DNA from: Anaeramoeba ignava BMAN
Taxonomy: Eukaryota; Protista; Anaeramoebae
Assembly (NCBI GenBank): GCA_028826165.1
Contig: JAPDFW010000005.1
Coordinates: forward strand, 1-64,000
Direction of reading: 5' to 3'
DNA: 64,000 bases
Below the pieces are notes generated by a model, which worked only from the letters and a program-made list of their open reading frames with translations, was not told the origin of the DNA and did not search any database. Positions 61,589 to 64,000 of the stretch are shown one piece after another. Every line of letters starts with the position of its first letter. The stretch's first letter is position 1. A program made the translations under genes and the position numbers.

Positions 61589-64000
61589 ATGAATCAAAAT
61601 ATTCCAAGTAGAAATAAAATTTAATTTTAAATAAAACTTCTATTAAAATTAAAGTATCCTTTTGCACATAAATTTTAATTTCGAAAAAAAAATAAAACAG
61701 CATATAGTTATCAACCACCAAATATTACAAGACCAATTAATTTAGTACCAATGCAAAGACCTCGTCCAAACGCAGTTGTTGTTCCACAAAATCCACCTAT
61801 TACTGTGTATATAGGAAAGATACCGCCAGCTTTAGATGATGATGTTTTACTTGCTATTTGTAGATGTTGTGGTCATGTTGTTAAGTAAAATTAATTTAAT
61901 TTATAATTTTAATTTATAATTTTATTTATAATTTATTTTATAATTTATTTTATAATTTTATTTATAATTTAATTTATAATTTTTATTTATAATTTAATTT
62001 ATAATTTTATTTATATTTTTATTTATAATTTAATTTATAATTTAATTTATAATTTATTTTATAATTTAATTTATAATTTTATTTATAATTTTATTTATAA
62101 TTTTATTTATAATTTTATTTATAATTTAATTTATAATTTAATTTATAATTTAATTTATAATTTAATTTATAATTTAATTTATAATTTAATTTATAATTTA
62201 ATTTATAATTTTATTTATAATTTAATTTATAATTTAATTAATAATTTTATTTATAATTTAATTTATAATTTTATTTATAATTTAATTTATAATTTAATTT
62301 ATAATTTTATTTATAATTTAATTTATAATTTAATTTATAATTTTATTTTATAATTTAATTTATAATTTAATTTTATTTATAATTTATAATTTTATTTATA
62401 ATTTTATTTATAATTTTATTTATAATTTTAATTTATAATTTTATTTATAATTTAATTTATAATTTTATTTATAATTTTATTTATAATTTTATTTTATAAT
62501 TTTAATTTTATAATTTTATTTATAATTTTATTTATAATTTTAATTTATAATTTAATTTATAATTTTATTTTATAATTTTATTTATAATTTTTTTATAATT
62601 TATAATTTTTATTTATAATTTTATTTTATTTTTTTTTATAATTTTTATTTATAATTTAATTTTTATAATTTTATTTTAATTTTATTTATAATTTAATTTA
62701 TAATTTTATTTATAATTTTATTTTATTTATATAATTTTATTTATAATTTTATTTATAATTTTTATTTATAATTTTATTTATAATTTTAATTTATAATTTA
62801 ATTTATAATTTTATTTATAATTTAATTTATAATTTTTATTTATAATTTTATTTATAATTTTATTTATAATTTTATTTATAATTTTAATTTATAATTTAAT
62901 TTATAATTTTAATTTATAATTTAATTTATAATTTTATTTATAATTTTTATTTATAATTTTATTTATAATTTTAATTTATAATTTTAATTTATAATTTTTA
63001 TTTATAATTTTATTTATGTATTTTTATTTATAATTTATTTATAATTTAATTTTATAATTTTATTTTTTAATTTTTATTTATAATTTAATTTATAATTTTA
63101 ATTTATAATTTAATTTATAATTTTATTTTATTTAATTTATATTTTATTTATAATTTTTTATTTATAATTTAATTTATAATTTAATTTATAATTTTAATTT
63201 ATAATTTTATTTATATTTTAATTTAATTTATAATTTTATTTATAATTTAATTTATAATTTAATTTATAATTTTATTTATAATTTTATTTATAATTTTATT
63301 TATAATTTTATTTATAATTTAATTTATAATTTTTAATTTTATAATTTTATTTATAATTTTATTTATAATTTAATTTATAATTTAATTTATAATTTAATTT
63401 ATAATTTAATTTATAATTTAATTTATAATTTAATTTATAATTTTATTTATAATTTAAGTTGGAGAAGAGTTGTTGATCCAATAACAGGAAATCATAAGCA
63501 ATTTGGGTATTGTGATTTTGGAAATGCTGAGTCTGCTCAAAGAGGATTGAGTTTAATTCCAAAGTGTTTTGTTAATGGAATTAATATGTGTGTTCAAGTT
63601 GATAAAAAAAATGAAGAGTTGATACAATCTTATTCTAATAATAACCAAGGAATTGATAATAAATCCAAAAATGTAAAAGATGAAAGAGCTTATCAACAAA
63701 TGAATGTTTTAATTCGTGAATGGTATGATTAATTTTCAATTTAAAAAAAAAAGAAAAGAAATTTGAAATTATTCCATTTCGATTTCAAATTTATTTCAAA
63801 TTTATTTCAAATTTATTTCAAATTCATTTCAAATTCAAATTTATTTCAAATTTATTCCAAATTCAAATTTATTTCAAATTTATTTCAAATTTATTTCAAA
63901 TTTATTTCAAGTTTATTTCAAGTTTATTTCAAATTTATTTCAAATTTATTTCAAATTTATTTCAAATTTATTCCAAATTTATTCCAAAATTTATTTCAAA
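61589..64000 (+). CDS. RBM25: RBM25/Snu71-like RRM splicing factor, 5' part (continues beyond the window)
   Basis: Exons 61589-61607, 61701-61884 and 63459-63722 give ITVYIGKIPPALDDDVLLAICRCCGHVVNWRRVVDPITGNHKQFGYCDF, the RBM25-type RRM. Confidence 0.85.
61890..63455. repeat. Intronic 12-bp minisatellite (AATTTATAATTT)n
   Basis: Fills intron 61885-63458. Confidence 0.95.
63780..64000. repeat. Intronic 11-bp minisatellite (AAATTTATTTC)n
   Basis: Follows the donor GTATGA at 63723. Confidence 0.9.

Noticed and set aside
61654-61700. GTATCCTTTT matching the U12-type 5' splice site within RBM25 intron 1
   Set aside because: The upstream frame is closed by TAA and there is no TCCTTAAC branch site, while the ordinary donor at 61608 gives the right frame. 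Probably chance.
1-64000. Inteins, transposases, tRNA/rRNA genes, alternative genetic code
   Set aside because: No Hint motifs, transposase ORFs, terminal inverted repeats or structured RNA genes were recognised. Conserved proteins translate and end normally with TAA/TAG/TGA.

Overview
This is extremely AT-rich eukaryotic genomic DNA with the standard code, GT-AG spliceosomal introns and mostly very short intergenic gaps; it is not prokaryotic. The gene content (ankyrin-BTB and RCC1-BTB expansions, Q/N-rich proteins) resembles an anaerobic protist such as Anaeramoeba (Metamonada), which is an inference only. About 19 genes can be reconstructed. In order: four tandem or head-to-head ankyrin-array genes (three visibly ending in tandem BTB domains), an RCC1-BTB gene, a TRIP12/Ufd4-like HECT E3, an Akr1-like ankyrin-DHHC protein that has lost the DHHC motif, and a low-complexity EYQNNE-repeat protein. 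These are followed by a PNUTS-like PP1 regulator, HACD/PHS1, casein kinase 1, a two-PAH Sin3-like protein, a large multi-exon possible ScaA-like scaffold, a cytochrome b5, a divergent importin alpha, three tandem prion-like DW-repeat paralogs, and the 5' part of RBM25. The best leads are: (i) a DARPin-like variable ankyrin array joined to a shared BTB-BTB module, with mosaic exchange between paralogs; (ii) strand-oriented tandem TTTTTCAT (Inr-like) arrays before almost every start codon; (iii) large introns each filled by a private minisatellite that largely avoids AG/GT on the sense strand; (iv) an intergenic ~144-bp satellite; (v) two proteins that have lost key residues (DHHC to HGFS, and an importin alpha lacking the major NLS-site tryptophans). 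Many frameshifts lie in homopolymers and may be assembly errors. All gene models were read by eye and boundaries may be off by a few bases.
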